Positions 50,179-64,000 of a stretch of 64,000 nucleotides of DNA are shown piece after piece (within the stretch, counting starts at the first letter, position 1; every line of letters starts with the position of its first letter). This DNA comes from the human T2T-CHM13v2.0 reference genome, Homo sapiens. The translations under genes were made by a program, and so were the position numbers. Below the pieces are notes generated by a model, which made no database searches, was not told the origin of the DNA, and saw only the letters and a list, made by a program, of their open reading frames with translations. Where the stretch lies: assembly GCF_009914755.1 (NCBI RefSeq), contig NC_060926.1. One strand, written 5' to 3'.

Positions 50179-51043
50179 AGATTTTCTCAGGCTTCATAGC
50201 TCTTTCTTTTCTCTGATACAAACTTTACTTTCTAATTTCATTCTCAGAATTAAACTAAAGATACTTAAGCATATTCCATTTTTTAAAAAAAATTAAGTCT
50301 GGTTTCATATTGTTTAGCATTTGCAGGGAAGGGGCTTTTTCCTTCCTCCTCTTTGCAACATATCATTAAGATATGAATTATAAATTATATATCAGTTATG
50401 ACTAATTTTCAAACAATTTAAACTATAAAATAAAACATTAAGTATAGCAAGGGATACTATCTGTTACCTTCTCCAATCTTTGCATATTGCAAACCTATTA
50501 TTTCCTGTTTTCTTGACCTGCTACAAAGTTTTATCCTTTTTCTTCCCCAAAAACCCCTGAAATTCAGGAATAATCTATATTGTTTAAATTGAGAACTATA
50601 GAAGAGAGAAAAAGGCAAGAGGACAGTCAAGATATCCCTTTTCTATTAAATTCTCTCCTCTTTTATTATGTCTGTCTTCTGGTCTCCTTTCAACTCATAG
50701 GCCAAGTGGTGGGAAAAGCCTTCCTGATTCAGTCTTGCATTTTATTTCCTTAGCCCTGCAGCGATAGCAATGGAAATGCTTAGATCAAAAAGAGAGATAG
50801 ATTTGAAAGGAGATGGAAAATGTCCCTTTCATTCTCAATATAGATATTGCATTTGAGAATTTGTGTATAAAGAAAGGATTTCCCCTCTCTCTCTTTTTGG
50901 TAGAACAAATAGCAGAGAGAAGTGTGAGTTAAAAGGCAATATAGATTGGATAGACAGGAACAGGTAGACAATGATCACTCTCAGTCTGTGGATGTGGATA
51001 CAAAGGTAACCTTTCCTTGTCTATTTTTATCATGTTTCTTTAA

Positions 51044-51386
<343 letters not shown>

Positions 51387-52166
51387 TAGTTTTATTTTGC
51401 TAAAGAATTGACCCATTTCAAATCTCAAATCTGTTTTAATGACTTAGCAGTGTTTTTCATACTGCCTTTTAACATAGATGTTTAGAAGTTACCTTAGAAT
51501 GCTGGTTATCACAAAGAGATAAAGATACCACCTCTACTCTAGAAACTGGACATGAGAAAAAGGAAACTTTTCTGGCATTTTTGGAGCTTCTCGGTTTCAA
51601 CCCTTTTAATCACAGACTTCCCCAAGCTTTGAACATTCTCTGAGGTGGCTGACTGGAGCTGTGAGTAGACATGAGCAGATGTGGGTAGAATGCATGTTGG
51701 GGAAGTGATATAAAGAAGGAACAGAACTCCACTGAGGGCAGAGATTTTGGATATATAACAAAATGTGCGTCAGAAAACATCATTTAACTGGTGTTCACAT
51801 ATCCATAGTGCAAGCGTAAAATGGAAAATGTCAATGATACACTCTTCAGTTAGGTACTTGTTAGAAAATTGCAAGCATATATTTAAAACTAATAATAAAT
51901 GTAAACATAATAAACCTTAAAAAGATAAGAAACAGGGAGGCCAGAGTTCCTTTGGTGTAGCAATATTAGGCCTCTGATTGGTCAGTATCTATAATTAACT
52001 CTTGCTGAATTTTTAAAAATGCTTAAAGATATAAGAGGAATTTGTTCTTATATCTGTACTTCCTCTGGATTGTTACTTTTTGAAGATAGAAATATTATCT
52101 AGGTGAGTCCTGATGTTTGCAGGGCTTCCCTAAAAGCAATGTAAGCAACTCTTAATAGTACATGTA

Positions 52167-52218
52167 CTGCACGTTGTGCACATGTACCCTAGAACTTAAA
52201 GTATTAAAAAAAAAAAAA
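52167..52218 (+). mobile_element. Young L1PA (about L1PA2-7) extreme 3' end with polyA
   Basis: 'ctgcacgttgtgcacatgtaccctagaacttaaagtat' followed by polyA. Confidence 0.85.
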
Positions 52219-52369
52219 GAGGGTGAGGGATAAAAGACTGCAAATTAGGTACAGTGTATACTGCTCGGGTGATGGGTGCACTGAAATCTCAGAAATCACC
52301 ACAAAAAAACTTATCAATGTAACCAAATATCACCTGTTCCTCAAAAACCTATGGAAATAAAAATTAAAA

Positions 52370-52378
<9 letters not shown>
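52219..52378 (+). mobile_element. L1PB1-like 3' end, followed by (TA)n to 52412
   Basis: 'gggataaaagactgcaaattaggtacagtgtatactgctcgggtgatgggtgc...cctatggaaataaaa'. Confidence 0.85.
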
Positions 52379-52415
<37 letters not shown>

Positions 52416-53434
52416 GCTGAAAAACAAGGAGCACTTGAGGGCCACCAAGTCTTCCTTCTTCCAACAATCTTCATTAATTGTTCCCATCCAGAGCACTTTT
52501 AAAAAGTAGTTTGTAAAATGGCAAGTTTCTTGGGTTCAAAATAAATAATATATGTAATGAATAAGCTTTCCATATGTAATGTATATAACAGATAAAAGTG
52601 CATTCACTGCTTACCTCCTCCCTTCAACATTTTCCTTACTCCCAGGAGACACTGAGACATCACCATTACACCTTGGATATTGTTGGTCACCACTTAATAA
52701 CCACTGACCTTGGCCCAGGTCAAACTTTCTCCTCCTAAAATCTTTACAAAACATGTTATAGTCTCCACTGCTATAATTGTTATGTCACTTATAAGTGTGA
52801 CCTGGAACAATCCTTTCTCTGAGACCCAATTTTTAGAATTTGGGGGATAAGAATGTCGATAAATCTCATCTTTCATTTTTTTCTGTGTGAATATAAGTTA
52901 GACATAGGTATCATGCATATGGAGATCAAAAAAGCCCTTACACTACTAATAAAGGTTTTGTAAGACATAGCTAAGGTGCAGGCAGACAGTGGTTGTGATT
53001 CCTCACCCCCAATCACCACCTGTCATGACTGGACTAGACAGACTGGCCTGGTCATAGGAAAAACCGTATAGCTGCAAGCCTGCAACCTTGCTAATGATGC
53101 CTTTAAGCAAAATGTCTCCATCACCAAAATCGCTGATGAGAAGCCACCCTGTCTGCAGACAATCAGATCCCATACGAAAGGTGGGAGAAAGAAGCTTAAA
53201 TGGGCACAACAAATTCTTTCTCCATGACTTAGGAACAGAATACATTACTTCCCCAGGAGTAAGGTTGTTAGTGCCCAGGGGTTACTCTAATATGGGTCTC
53301 TGTATCTGGAAAAACAAGAGGTAAGTGCTCCCCAAAAATTTCTCATCTGCAATTTTTATTGAATTATACATACCTGAGAGGTTTCTGTAAATGAGGTGAT
53401 GTTTTTGAAACCACTTACATGGGATATTTAATAG

Positions 53435-53759
<325 letters not shown>

Positions 53760-53881
53760 CTGCATTCTCTTATTTTAATTATTGTTACCGCTCAAAGTTT
53801 CACTTTCTTAATGTTTTACATTTCTTGCTACTTAATGATCAAGTCACCCCCTCAACAACATTGCCAAGCACATCAGAACCA

Positions 53882-54175
<294 letters not shown>

Positions 54176-56549
54176 CAACCGAAAGTTAATTTGACTACAT
54201 TATGTGGATGATAACTTTTATATGCATGGTCACAATATGATTATAACTTTAAATGTTCAAAATTATGGATTTACTTTAAAGATGTTTGATTATCATAGAA
54301 ATAAAGAAGGAAGGAGAAACAAAAATGAAAGAAAAAATGCAAAGAAGGAGGGGAGGAAAAAATAAAATTAAACGTGATAAACTATTAGTTAGATATTTTC
54401 ATTCAGGGTTTTAAATCAGCAGGTTTCAATGTAAAGTATTCTTGCCCCTAAAATCAAATAGGAACCATTAATCAACTGTTTTTATTATTTTGATATTCAA
54501 CAGTTTTAGAAAGTCTACTCTTATCTACTATTTCCTAACATATCTTTAGATATGAAACGCACTTAAAAATTGTAAAAAGCCTTTAATGTATAACTTGATA
54601 AAATTCTCACTACTATTTATAATTATAACCTAATATAAGTGTGGTCTTATCTTCGTATTTAATCAGAACACTCTATTTAACTTTCAGTCTGATGTATCTA
54701 GAAAGGTTCTCAGTTCCAGAACTTTAAGATCAGTTGATACTACAAGATCTTAAAACTTTATTTATTTGCAACTGAAAGTTAAGGAGCCATTTCTCCACTG
54801 CCATCATCAGCATGCTATAAGCATAAGTGCTGACTAATCTCACCTCCTTCCTCACACAAGTTATCATTCATTCGATACAGTAGAAAAGAAAAGAGGAACA
54901 ATCTCATGCCAGAATCATACCATAAGGAGTAGAAAATCATCATGCTTCATTGTGTGAAAGCCTAAACTTAAACCTAACCATCACCATTTGTGGCAGAAGG
55001 GAAACCAGAATCCTTATATTCAGAAAGGTATAACTTCCACTTCTTAACAGTTGTTTTGAATGACTGTAGTTTGAAAACTATTTTTAATAACTGTCGGTTT
55101 TAATAACTAACAGTAATTGACTAGGGACTTTGGGGTATTTATTTATGATAACATTTTACTCTAGTCAAGATGGTTCATGTTATTAAAGTGAACTTTCACA
55201 TCTCTTATGGTTTGAAAGACTAAACCGCTTTATTGAAAAGCAAAATCCTTGCATCAAAATCTTGCCAGTAGCAGTAAATACACTAATGTTTTTTAGATGA
55301 CAGTGGAATTTTAACTGACAAGGCAGATTTTGTTTCTTTTGAGTCCTCTGTCTCTCTTTCTCAAATATGCTTTTGGTATCAGGTCAGGGAGCCTTGCTAA
55401 AATGAATGGTTTATGGGAGACTAAGAACATGTGTGTCCAGACTAAGATCATAGCATAGGCAGGTTATGGGGTCAGGTTTTTCTGAGCCTATTCCTTTGAA
55501 GTCTCTTTGCAGGGATTCCTGGAAAATGGCCAGTATATAATCAATTCTGAAATACTCTGCTAACAACCCATCTGGAAGATTATGTTTGTTTTCCCAAACA
55601 GCCAAAGAGCTCTGCAAGGTAAAGCCTGTCTTCCTATAGTGGTGAATATTTCCCTAAGGTGAAGTCTACAGCAGACAGCACAGATGTTGCTACAGTGGCA
55701 TATGAGGACAATGGGAAGACATGTGGCTAGAAGAAATGGACCACAGTATGAGCATATTGGAGCCTAGGGAAGTCAAACAGTGCACTGTGCAGCACTCGCT
55801 GAGCACCCTGATTTTAGGTGACTCATAGAGGCCAAGAAGATGAGAAAGCCCAACAGGAAAGCATTGATAGGGGCGGCTATTTAATGTGATATGTCAGTAT
55901 TCAGGGAATGTAGAGCATAGGATTTTAGCACAGAATGAAAATTTGGAGAACATTTATCTACATTTTATACTTTATAACTGATAAAATGAAGGCTAAGAAG
56001 ACTTGGCTTACAGAATTTCACACAATGAGCTAGTGGGAGAAGGAATGCTAGAATACATTATAAAAAGTTGGAAACAACCTAAATGTCCATCAACAGGAGA
56101 ATAAATGAAGTCATATTAATTTGACAACTGCTTTCAGGTGAATATGACACATAGATTGGCTAAAGTGTGGGTTTCATGAGCTCCTGAAACAAAAAATGGA
56201 ACCACATCCAAACCCCATACCTGAAAGAAGTAGATTCCCTACGTGTTCCAAAATTGGGGGCAATTGCCTGAAAAGGGGGAAATGGAAGCTGGAGAGGTAA
56301 GGAACTAATGTTCATGACAAACAAGATCGTGTTCTTCCAGAAGATTAGCCACTGCATCACCCAGCAGAAACATTCCATTTGATGGGAAAGTGGCCTGTTA
56401 CCATTTTCAGATTGGGGTAACTGCTCACATAGGATGCCATCTTTATCAAGAGAGCAAATCATTTTGTACAAAAAGGCAATGCATTCCTCTTAGTGGCTTT
56501 TCTTTTCTTCTGTTATTTTCTGAGAGATTCTGAAAAAAAATCTAAATGC

Positions 56550-56790
56550 TAAAAGTAATGCAACCAATTAATTCCCCTTGGGCATATACTATGTGTCCAT
56601 TTATATAGATTATTTCCTTCAATTATCTCAGTACAGTATGCAGGAACTATCATTATTATTATTCAGTTTTATAGATGTGCAAACTGAGGCTAAAGAGGTT
56701 AAATTGCCCAAGGGTCACACAACTAGGAAATAGTGGAATTTGGAATCAAGTGGAGACACTAGGACTCCATAGCCTCATTTCCTTTTTGCT
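56550..56790 (-). mobile_element. MIR
   Basis: 'ttttatagatgtgcaaactgaggctaaagaggttaaattgcccaagggtcacacaactaggaaatagtgga' is MIR-like. Confidence 0.85.
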
Positions 56791-57626
56791 CTCTTCTAAT
56801 TTCTATTTGGTAAGAAAAAAAATTGCCATCAGACTCCCCATTTTTTCCAATACTTTGTTTGCTATTATGTCTGATGTTCAGAAAAAATATTCGGATGGTT
56901 TCTACCTTTTTTACTCCTAGACATTTTGGGGTTATGGAAACCATGCCTCATGCTGTAGGGAACACTTGTCTTATTTGAACTGTAAATGAAGTGCTAGCTC
57001 AAGTCAGATTTCACCCACTGTGTGAACCCTGAGCCAGACCCTATGTTTTTCCTCAGTGCTAAAATTTACTGTCAGCATACTGTATGCTGCTTATCTTCCT
57101 TTTGGCCTACCTCTGAAGAACTATATCGATTCTTCATTTAGGTCAGCAGGTTGATTTTCTCACCTCAACTGCAAGCCTCTGAATAGTGCTAGATAATTCA
57201 AATCTTCCTATCCTAGAGTTGTACTACATTCCCGTATATACAGATTTCTTGTCTATGTTTTTTTTTTCTCTTAGGGAAGAATTAGAAACATGTTTAATTG
57301 TCAGAATTAAAGGATGCTTATATAGGAAGAAAGAATTATGACTGTAGAATTATACATCTTGAAGAGACCTAAAATATCATCGAATTCAAAGAATGTCACC
57401 CGCAGGAATGAAAGGCATGTGCCAATTAGGGGTATTGACATCACTTGATAATTCTGTGTAAAAATATACTTTCACATTCCACCTCCCAAAATACACAGTC
57501 TGCTATAATACCTAGGAGCATATTATCTCCTGCAGCCTCACACTGAAATTTACCTGAAATTCACTGACTAAATGAGGCATCATTAAGAAGAATGTGACAT
57601 AAACCGTTATTGCAAGGTAGGAGTAC

Positions 57627-58050
57627 TGTATCAGAGTTAAGTAAGAAAAATAGAGCCCATGCATGCCAGATAGAACAATAGAGAAGAGTTAATAGTGGGC
57701 ATTCATTTACAAGATGTTGGGAAAACTGAAATCCAAGCATGAGGAAAGTGAGGTCACCTAGGAATTAGCAGTGGCAGGAAGCCAGTTTCTTTCCTTGGGT
57801 TGGAGAGAAACAGTGAGAATCAGAGCCCAGAACTGGAATCACCTGGAGGGAACTAGAACCATGAAGGGAAGAACCAGTGAAAAAGAAATTTCCTTTTCCA
57901 CTCCCTCTAATTCCCTGTGTCTCCTAGTGGTTGAATCTATCCAGAAGCCAGTTGACAAGGAAGCCTGAAAATGTAACCTTGCAGCGCCCAGTTCCCTACA
58001 ATATAGAGCAAGAAGCAGAGAATGAAGATAAAAGAAAATCATAAGTGACC
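57627..58050 (-). mobile_element. ERVL LTR (LTR33-like)
   Basis: 'ggaattagcagtggcaggaagcc' and 'tggttgaatctatccagaagccagttgacaaggaagcctgaaaatg' are LTR33-type motifs. Confidence 0.6.
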
Positions 58051-58896
58051 AGCAGACTTAGAATCACTGTTTTAATCCCTTCATCAATTGTATACATGAT
58101 TGCTTCAATTATCTCCAGATGAAGAAGACTTCTCAAATTTCCTTACCAACAAATGTCATAGTCACACTCTCATAGCCAGGAAGTTATCTTTCTGTTATTA
58201 AAAAATTATTTTAGAAGTTATTTATTTTTGTATACAATGGGTAATTACTGTCTTGTGTAGTTTTGTCATCATTATATTTTTAAAACTGTAGGAATACATT
58301 TGCCATACTTATTTTAGTGTTGATCTTTGATGTTCAAAAAAAAATTTATTTTAATGTTTAGATTTTTATGTATTTCCCTGTTTCAAAATTATCTGATAAG
58401 AATATATCATCTGTTTCCTACTTTTTCTTAAAATTCATGGAAGAGCATTTTTCCTCCTCCAGCTATATACACCAGAACTTAAGAATCTTCATTCAATGTT
58501 TTTAACAAAGTCTTATGAAGGTAGAAGAAAATACAATGTTAAGGCTTTGAAAAGGATTAAATTTCTTTAATAAGTTACTCAATAATGTAAAAGTAGAATA
58601 ATAGTATTTAGTCTACTTTCAAATGGTATACCAAGTGCCTTTTATGTTCTGACTCATGTTCTCTTAGGTCATTTTTATCTATCAGCCACTTTTGTAGCAG
58701 CCAGCTTCATGAATGTGGAACTGAGAAACACCTTATCTCAGTATCAGCCTCTTCCTTCCTGGTACTTCTTTGATCCTCAATATGGGAGTTTGAAGTAATC
58801 TTGGTCACTCATGCATGTACAACCTAAGTGTGGTAAGGAGGTAATATAGATCCTTGGACAAGCCTACACCAATGGAAAGCAGTAGCCGAAGGATAA

Positions 58897-59198
<302 letters not shown>

Positions 59199-59574
59199 AC
59201 ATTCTCTTCTTTCAACTCACAGATGAACCATTCTGAAGCTAGGTCTCTGCAGCTCCAAGGTTTCAATAGGATTGAGCACCAATTGTTGTTAGTGGTAACC
59301 AATCTAAAAGTGTCTTCTTGCATTGACTTTCCCTTCACTTCCTATGAATTCTTTCCCCAAATAAACTCAACCTCTTGTCTCGATCTCTGCTTTTTTGAAA
59401 ACATAAGCTAAGACAAATAGAAAATATAATTTTTATTTTTATCATATATTTTATGTTTTTATTTTACATATTTTTGTTTATTTTCTTTGCCAAAATTACC
59501 AAAGATCATTATAAAATATATATGTGTACCTTGTGCATTTCAAATAATTTAAAGAACATATCTATTATTTTGAC

Positions 59575-59725
59575 TCCATAAGGTAGGCAGAGTAATTAAT
59601 ATTTTCTTTATTTTATAGAAAAATATGCAGAAGGGTTAAGTGTTTGCTCAAATTCTCCCCAATTTGGGGCCGATAGAATGAAACAGAATTTCAGCCTACT
59701 AATCTAGGACTTCTTTTTATGTAGC
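59575..59725 (-). mobile_element. MIR fragment
   Basis: 'attttatagaaaaatatgcagaagggttaagtgtttgctcaa' is MIR-like. Confidence 0.55.
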
Positions 59726-60929
59726 TGTAACCAATCAAGTATATATATTTTCCCCTGGGTTAATGTTGATGGCACTTTACTAAGTGCAGCCTTAAATGAT
59801 GGAGTGAAATAACCAAGTCCTTTTGGGAAACTGGCGTGGCACACTAATTATCATGGCATATAGCAATCATCAGTGATTCAATCCACTATTAGTAAAGGTC
59901 ATAAGGTGAGAAAAGGGTTGCAAGAAACACTCAGTGTAGAAATTTCAATCCTAAAGACTAAAAATTGCCTTCAGGACTATAGTGAATAGGAAACACTGCT
60001 GTTTAGATTATCAGTTATTTCAGTCTTATCAATACAAAATATTGATATTAGAAATATTTATTGTCAAACTAATAACTTTCTTTCCAAAGTCTCTGTGACT
60101 GTGAGTCAGGTTTTGAGAAAACAATGTTTTCACTAGAAGCAGAAAATACTGAGATCCTGAGAAGGTGAGTCACGGTCAAGTAGAAAGCCAAAATCCTCCA
60201 ATTCTTAGCCGCCAGAAATATGTTGCCAGGAGAATTTAGATCTGCTTAAAAATAAAAAAGCAACTTAACATGATAATCCCATAATATATAAATTATCTTG
60301 GAATATAACTCTACTCTCTGTTCTTTCCTCCTATAACCTCCTTGCTATTCAGTTCAGCCCCATATCTTTTCTCCCACCAAACTCATCTGTCTCTTTCACC
60401 TTGGAATCAGCCCATCTTTTGTTTAGAAAATAGCTATTACATTCTCATAGACTAACAGTTCTCAAGTGTTGCGTATGTTTTGAAACATAAATTACTAGAA
60501 TGTAGTGTTACTTTCTGGGGTACCTAAGATGTATGTCGGCTCTTTAAGATTGTATACTACACACCGGAGAGGTAAAAACTAAGGTGACCTTATATTAGAC
60601 AACATTCTTGAATGCAATGTTGCATACTTTTATGAAGTTTATGAAGTTTTTCTACATGTCTTTTGACTATGCTGATATTATAATATTTTTCTTTTGAAGC
60701 CACAAACGTTTTTCATTAGGTTTCATGACTTGATTAATTTACTATAGGCATCACTTAATTTCTGGAGACAGGAATGGTTTGCAAGCAATGGACTTGCAAA
60801 TTTTCATGTTAGGCAAACTGGTTTTGATAAATCAATCATTATTCTATACATCTGGTTCTGTGACTCAAATACTGTTCTACTATAACTTTACCCAACTATA
60901 ACATACACCTAATAAAGTATACTGTAATA

Positions 60930-61138
60930 CAGGTGTGGGAAAACTATAGCTGAACTATCAAGTATCACCCGCTGACTGTTTTTGTAAATAAAGATTTTTT
61001 TAGAACATATCCAAACTGGTGTATTGTCTATGCATGTTAACATGCAACATTGGAAGAGTTGAGTAGTTGTGGCCAAGACCACATGGCCTGCAAAATATTT
61101 ACTATTTGGCTCATTAAATAAGTGTCTGCCAATGTCTG
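60930..61138. mobile_element. MER58A-like hAT-Charlie MITE
   Basis: Termini 'caggtgtgggaaaact' / 'gtctgccaatgtctg', internal 'gtttttgtaaataaag' and 'ggcctgcaaaatatttactatttggc', and an 8-bp TSD ctgtaata / ctctaata. Confidence 0.85.
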
Positions 61139-61798
61139 CTCTAATATTTTGACTTAAATAAGAGGTTTCCATCAAGGTAATATTTCAGCTTACTTTTCTT
61201 TACCTTATTTTACCACTGCATAATAATACACAGGGAAGAGAGAATAGAACCTTTAACCATTTTAACTTCATTGTGCTTGGCATATTGGTTCAGCATACTC
61301 TTCTCTTCTAGTTGTTGCTTATAATTTGTTTTGTTTCATGGAGCAAATGCTTCACGAATGAGTTTGTGATTAAAACATAAATATATAGAGTATGCTAGCA
61401 TAGTCAATGGGTTGTCATCTTATTTTAAGGATTTCAGTAAAGGCAAATAAGAGGTATGCTCCCAAAGCAGGGATCAAAACATTAAAGACAAGTTAAAAAG
61501 TTAAAGATATGCCTCTATGTGAGCAAAAACCATGCTGTGAGAGTATTCAGTACAGTCAGAACCTTGGCCAGGGAGCCTGGTGATTGTGGCCCATTGCAAG
61601 TCCAATTAACTTAAGGTAGTTACAAGAAACAGATAAAAATACAGGAGCTGAAACCTTTATTTGTGAGAATGCCAGTGAAAATCATTTCTGTCCACATCTC
61701 TGTGATTATGCATTAGAAATGAATTTCACTTACAAAAATATAAGTTTATTTGACCTAGTTCTGATTGAGTATATTTTCCATAGTGCAAGATAAAATTC

Positions 61799-62395
61799 TG
61801 TTAGTGGCAACAAGTAGGTAACAGTTTAGAACAGAAGGATTTTTCTTTTCTTTCTTTTTTTTTTTTTTTCTGAGAAGGAGTTGTATGTATTTATTAAAGA
61901 ATAATAATGTGCATCTGCGATTGAACTTGATGCCTCTCCATGGGTCCAAGGTTCAAAAAATGGCAGCACCAGCGTGATCTGAGGGTGGAGTTTTCAGCCC
62001 TCTGACATCAAAAGGTGAAGCAGAGGACATGAAAACCCTCACTGTGCCTCCTCCATAGACTAGCCAGAGCTACTCCATGGTCAGTGGTCTCTTATTAGGA
62101 ACGAATGCTGGTTGATCGTTGTGTCAAAACCACAAAAGGGAAGAGCAACAGTCAGGTGGTTGGTTGATATCAATGGTGGAGTCTTTATAAATGGCTGGAT
62201 TCTGTTTAACCCTTTCTTTAACGAAGAAAGCCTAATGGAACTTAGTGAAGAAGGGGTTATAATGTGGCATGTCTGGCCTCCCATTTCGTCATGGCCAGGA
62301 ACTCAGTTTTAAGATTTCTCAGTTTTAAGATTTCTCAGTTTTAAGATTTCCATTCAGTTGGTTGTGAGGGCTTAGGACTTTATTTTTATTACTTA
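61799..62395 (-). mobile_element. ERV1 MER4-group 3' LTR (MER83-like)
   Basis: The reverse strand starts '...aataaaaataaagtcctaagccctcacaaccaactgaatgg...aaaactgagttcctggccatgacg'. The left boundary is uncertain. Confidence 0.65.
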
Positions 62396-63030
62396 TTTCC
62401 TCCTTTTAGCTGAAATTTACCAGAGGCAACCTTGAAAGCCAAACTTTTATTTTGTCCCATATTGTTGCCAGGGAGGTGAGGATGCCTTCCATTTGTCCAT
62501 CCTATTCCTCAGTGGGACCTCTGTAGCCAGAAGACTTAGAGCCAAAAGACATATCACCTATAAACCTTTTAAGGTCAGCCTTTAAACCTTTTAAGCAATA
62601 TAGGAGCCAAAAATGCCAAAACCAAGGCCAAAATAACTTTTATGAATTGAGCTACTGTAATTTTAGTTTTAGTTAGGCTTCTAGCAATTGGCTATATAAA
62701 ACATAAGAATTTTGCTAAAACCATTTAAGCTAAGGAATTTAGAGAATTTCATTTTGTTGCAGTGCTTTTTGTGGTCTCTTTAGTAATTTGTCCTAAAGTG
62801 GCCAATTTTTTTTTGTCATGTCTCTGTTTGTGTAAACCCTATAAGTGGGAACAGTTTGCCCAGAAGGCTCTGTCACCAGGTATCTTGATGTTCTCTCAGT
62901 AATTATCTTTTTAATCTATGGGAAGCAGAAAATTCTTTATGGTTGGGAAGGATGGAAAGGTGCCGCATAGTGGCCCAGGAGGCAAAGTCCCAAACTTCGC
63001 CAGCTGTTTAGGCATCTGTGTGCCTGTCAA
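62396..63030 (-). mobile_element. ERV1 internal 3' fragment with polypurine tract
   Basis: The PPT 'aaaaggaggaaa' (reverse of 62396-62407) directly abuts the LTR start. MER4-group internal-like text follows. Confidence 0.6.
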
Positions 63031-63064
63031 AGGAGCTTTCTTAACTTCTGGCCTAGGGTATTCT

Positions 63065-63245
63065 TTGGAGCTGGAAAGGATCTTAGTGATTATTTATTTC
63101 AACTCCCTCATTGTAAAGGTTGGATAACAGCCTCCCAAAGAAGTTAAGTGATTTGCCTATGGTGACCCAAGTTATTGGTGTGAAAGCCAGAATTGGGACC
63201 TAGATTATCTCAGCTTGTATTTGTGTCCTTTTCTGCCTTATCATA
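63065..63245 (-). mobile_element. MIR
   Basis: 'cccaaagaagttaagtgatttgcctatggtgacccaagttattggtgtgaaagccagaattgggacctag' is MIR-like. Confidence 0.75.
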
Positions 63246-63342
63246 TTGCACTGAACTTGCTGATCATTGTGTTGACAATCTCATTTTATTTATTTTAATA
63301 TAATTGAACTTGAAATGATTTATTTGATAACAAAATGATGGG

Positions 63343-63656
63343 TTTTGTTTGTTTGTTTGTTTGTTTCTTTGTTTTTGAAACGGAGTCTCGCTCTGTTGCC
63401 CAGGCTAGAGTGCAGTGGCGTGGTCTTGGCTCACTGCAACCTCGGCCTCTCAGGTTCAAGGGATTCTCCTGCCTCAGCCTCCTGAGTAACTGGGACTATA
63501 GGCGCCCGCCACCACGCCCGGCTAATTTTTTATATTTTTAGTAGAGACAGGTTTCACCGTGTTAGCCAGGATGGTCTCTATCTCCTGACCTCGTGATCCA
63601 CCCACCTCAGCCTCCCAAAGTGCTGGGATTACAGGTGTGAACCACCATGCCCAGCC
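63343..63656 (-). mobile_element. Full-length Alu (AluSc8/Y-like) with (GTTT)n tail
   Basis: Complete dimer. TSD ACAAAATGATG on both sides. Confidence 0.95.
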
Positions 63657-64000
63657 CACAAAATGATGTTTTTAAAAATGTTTTTTAAAGAGTAAATTTT
63701 GTTACTTTACTAAAAATACATCCAAATTGTGTAGGATTTGATTTCATATTTGTGTTAAGGAAACACACTATGTTTTCTGTTGAAGGGACCACATTTTGCT
63801 TAAAGCTTTCTCTTAACTATGTTTATACTAATACTTAATTCTTGTGGTTAGAAATTTTTTTTACTTTAGTTAAGCATTGTTTTCTTTCTCCTATATTCTT
63901 TTGAATTGCAAGTATTCCTGAGAAAGGTAACAATTTAGGTCACTGATTCCTTATCGTGAATATATATTCCCAGATTACATTACAATAACATGGAGAACGA

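Overview
This is AT-rich, CpG-depleted primate genomic DNA (AluY-type Alus and a MER11 LTR point to a simian, probably catarrhine or human, source). It looks intergenic or deep-intronic. I found no credible host protein-coding gene, tRNA, rRNA or CRISPR array, and nearly all listed ORFs are L1, Alu, LTR or low-complexity by-products. Much of the window is interspersed repeat: a near full-length L1PB (+, 22.2-29.7 kb) interrupted by a MER11 solo LTR, a full-length L1PA13-like element (-, 34.4-41.2 kb) nested in an older L1M, seven Alus, several MaLR/ERVL/ERV1 LTRs, HSMAR2, MER1A, MER58A, MIR and L2. The most unusual structure is at 10.4-13.5 kb. There, a ~470/600-bp inverted duplication (~90% identical by eye) brackets an isolated L1PB 5'UTR. 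One arm joins a broken HSMAR2 to an L1 cut at the start of ORF1, which looks like a deletion filled by a templated inverted insertion. Several smaller fold-back or template-switch scars also occur. Repeat subfamily names come from recalled consensus sequences and need RepeatMasker/Dfam confirmation. I do not see evidence for a new gene system, so the findings are structural or regulatory hypotheses.
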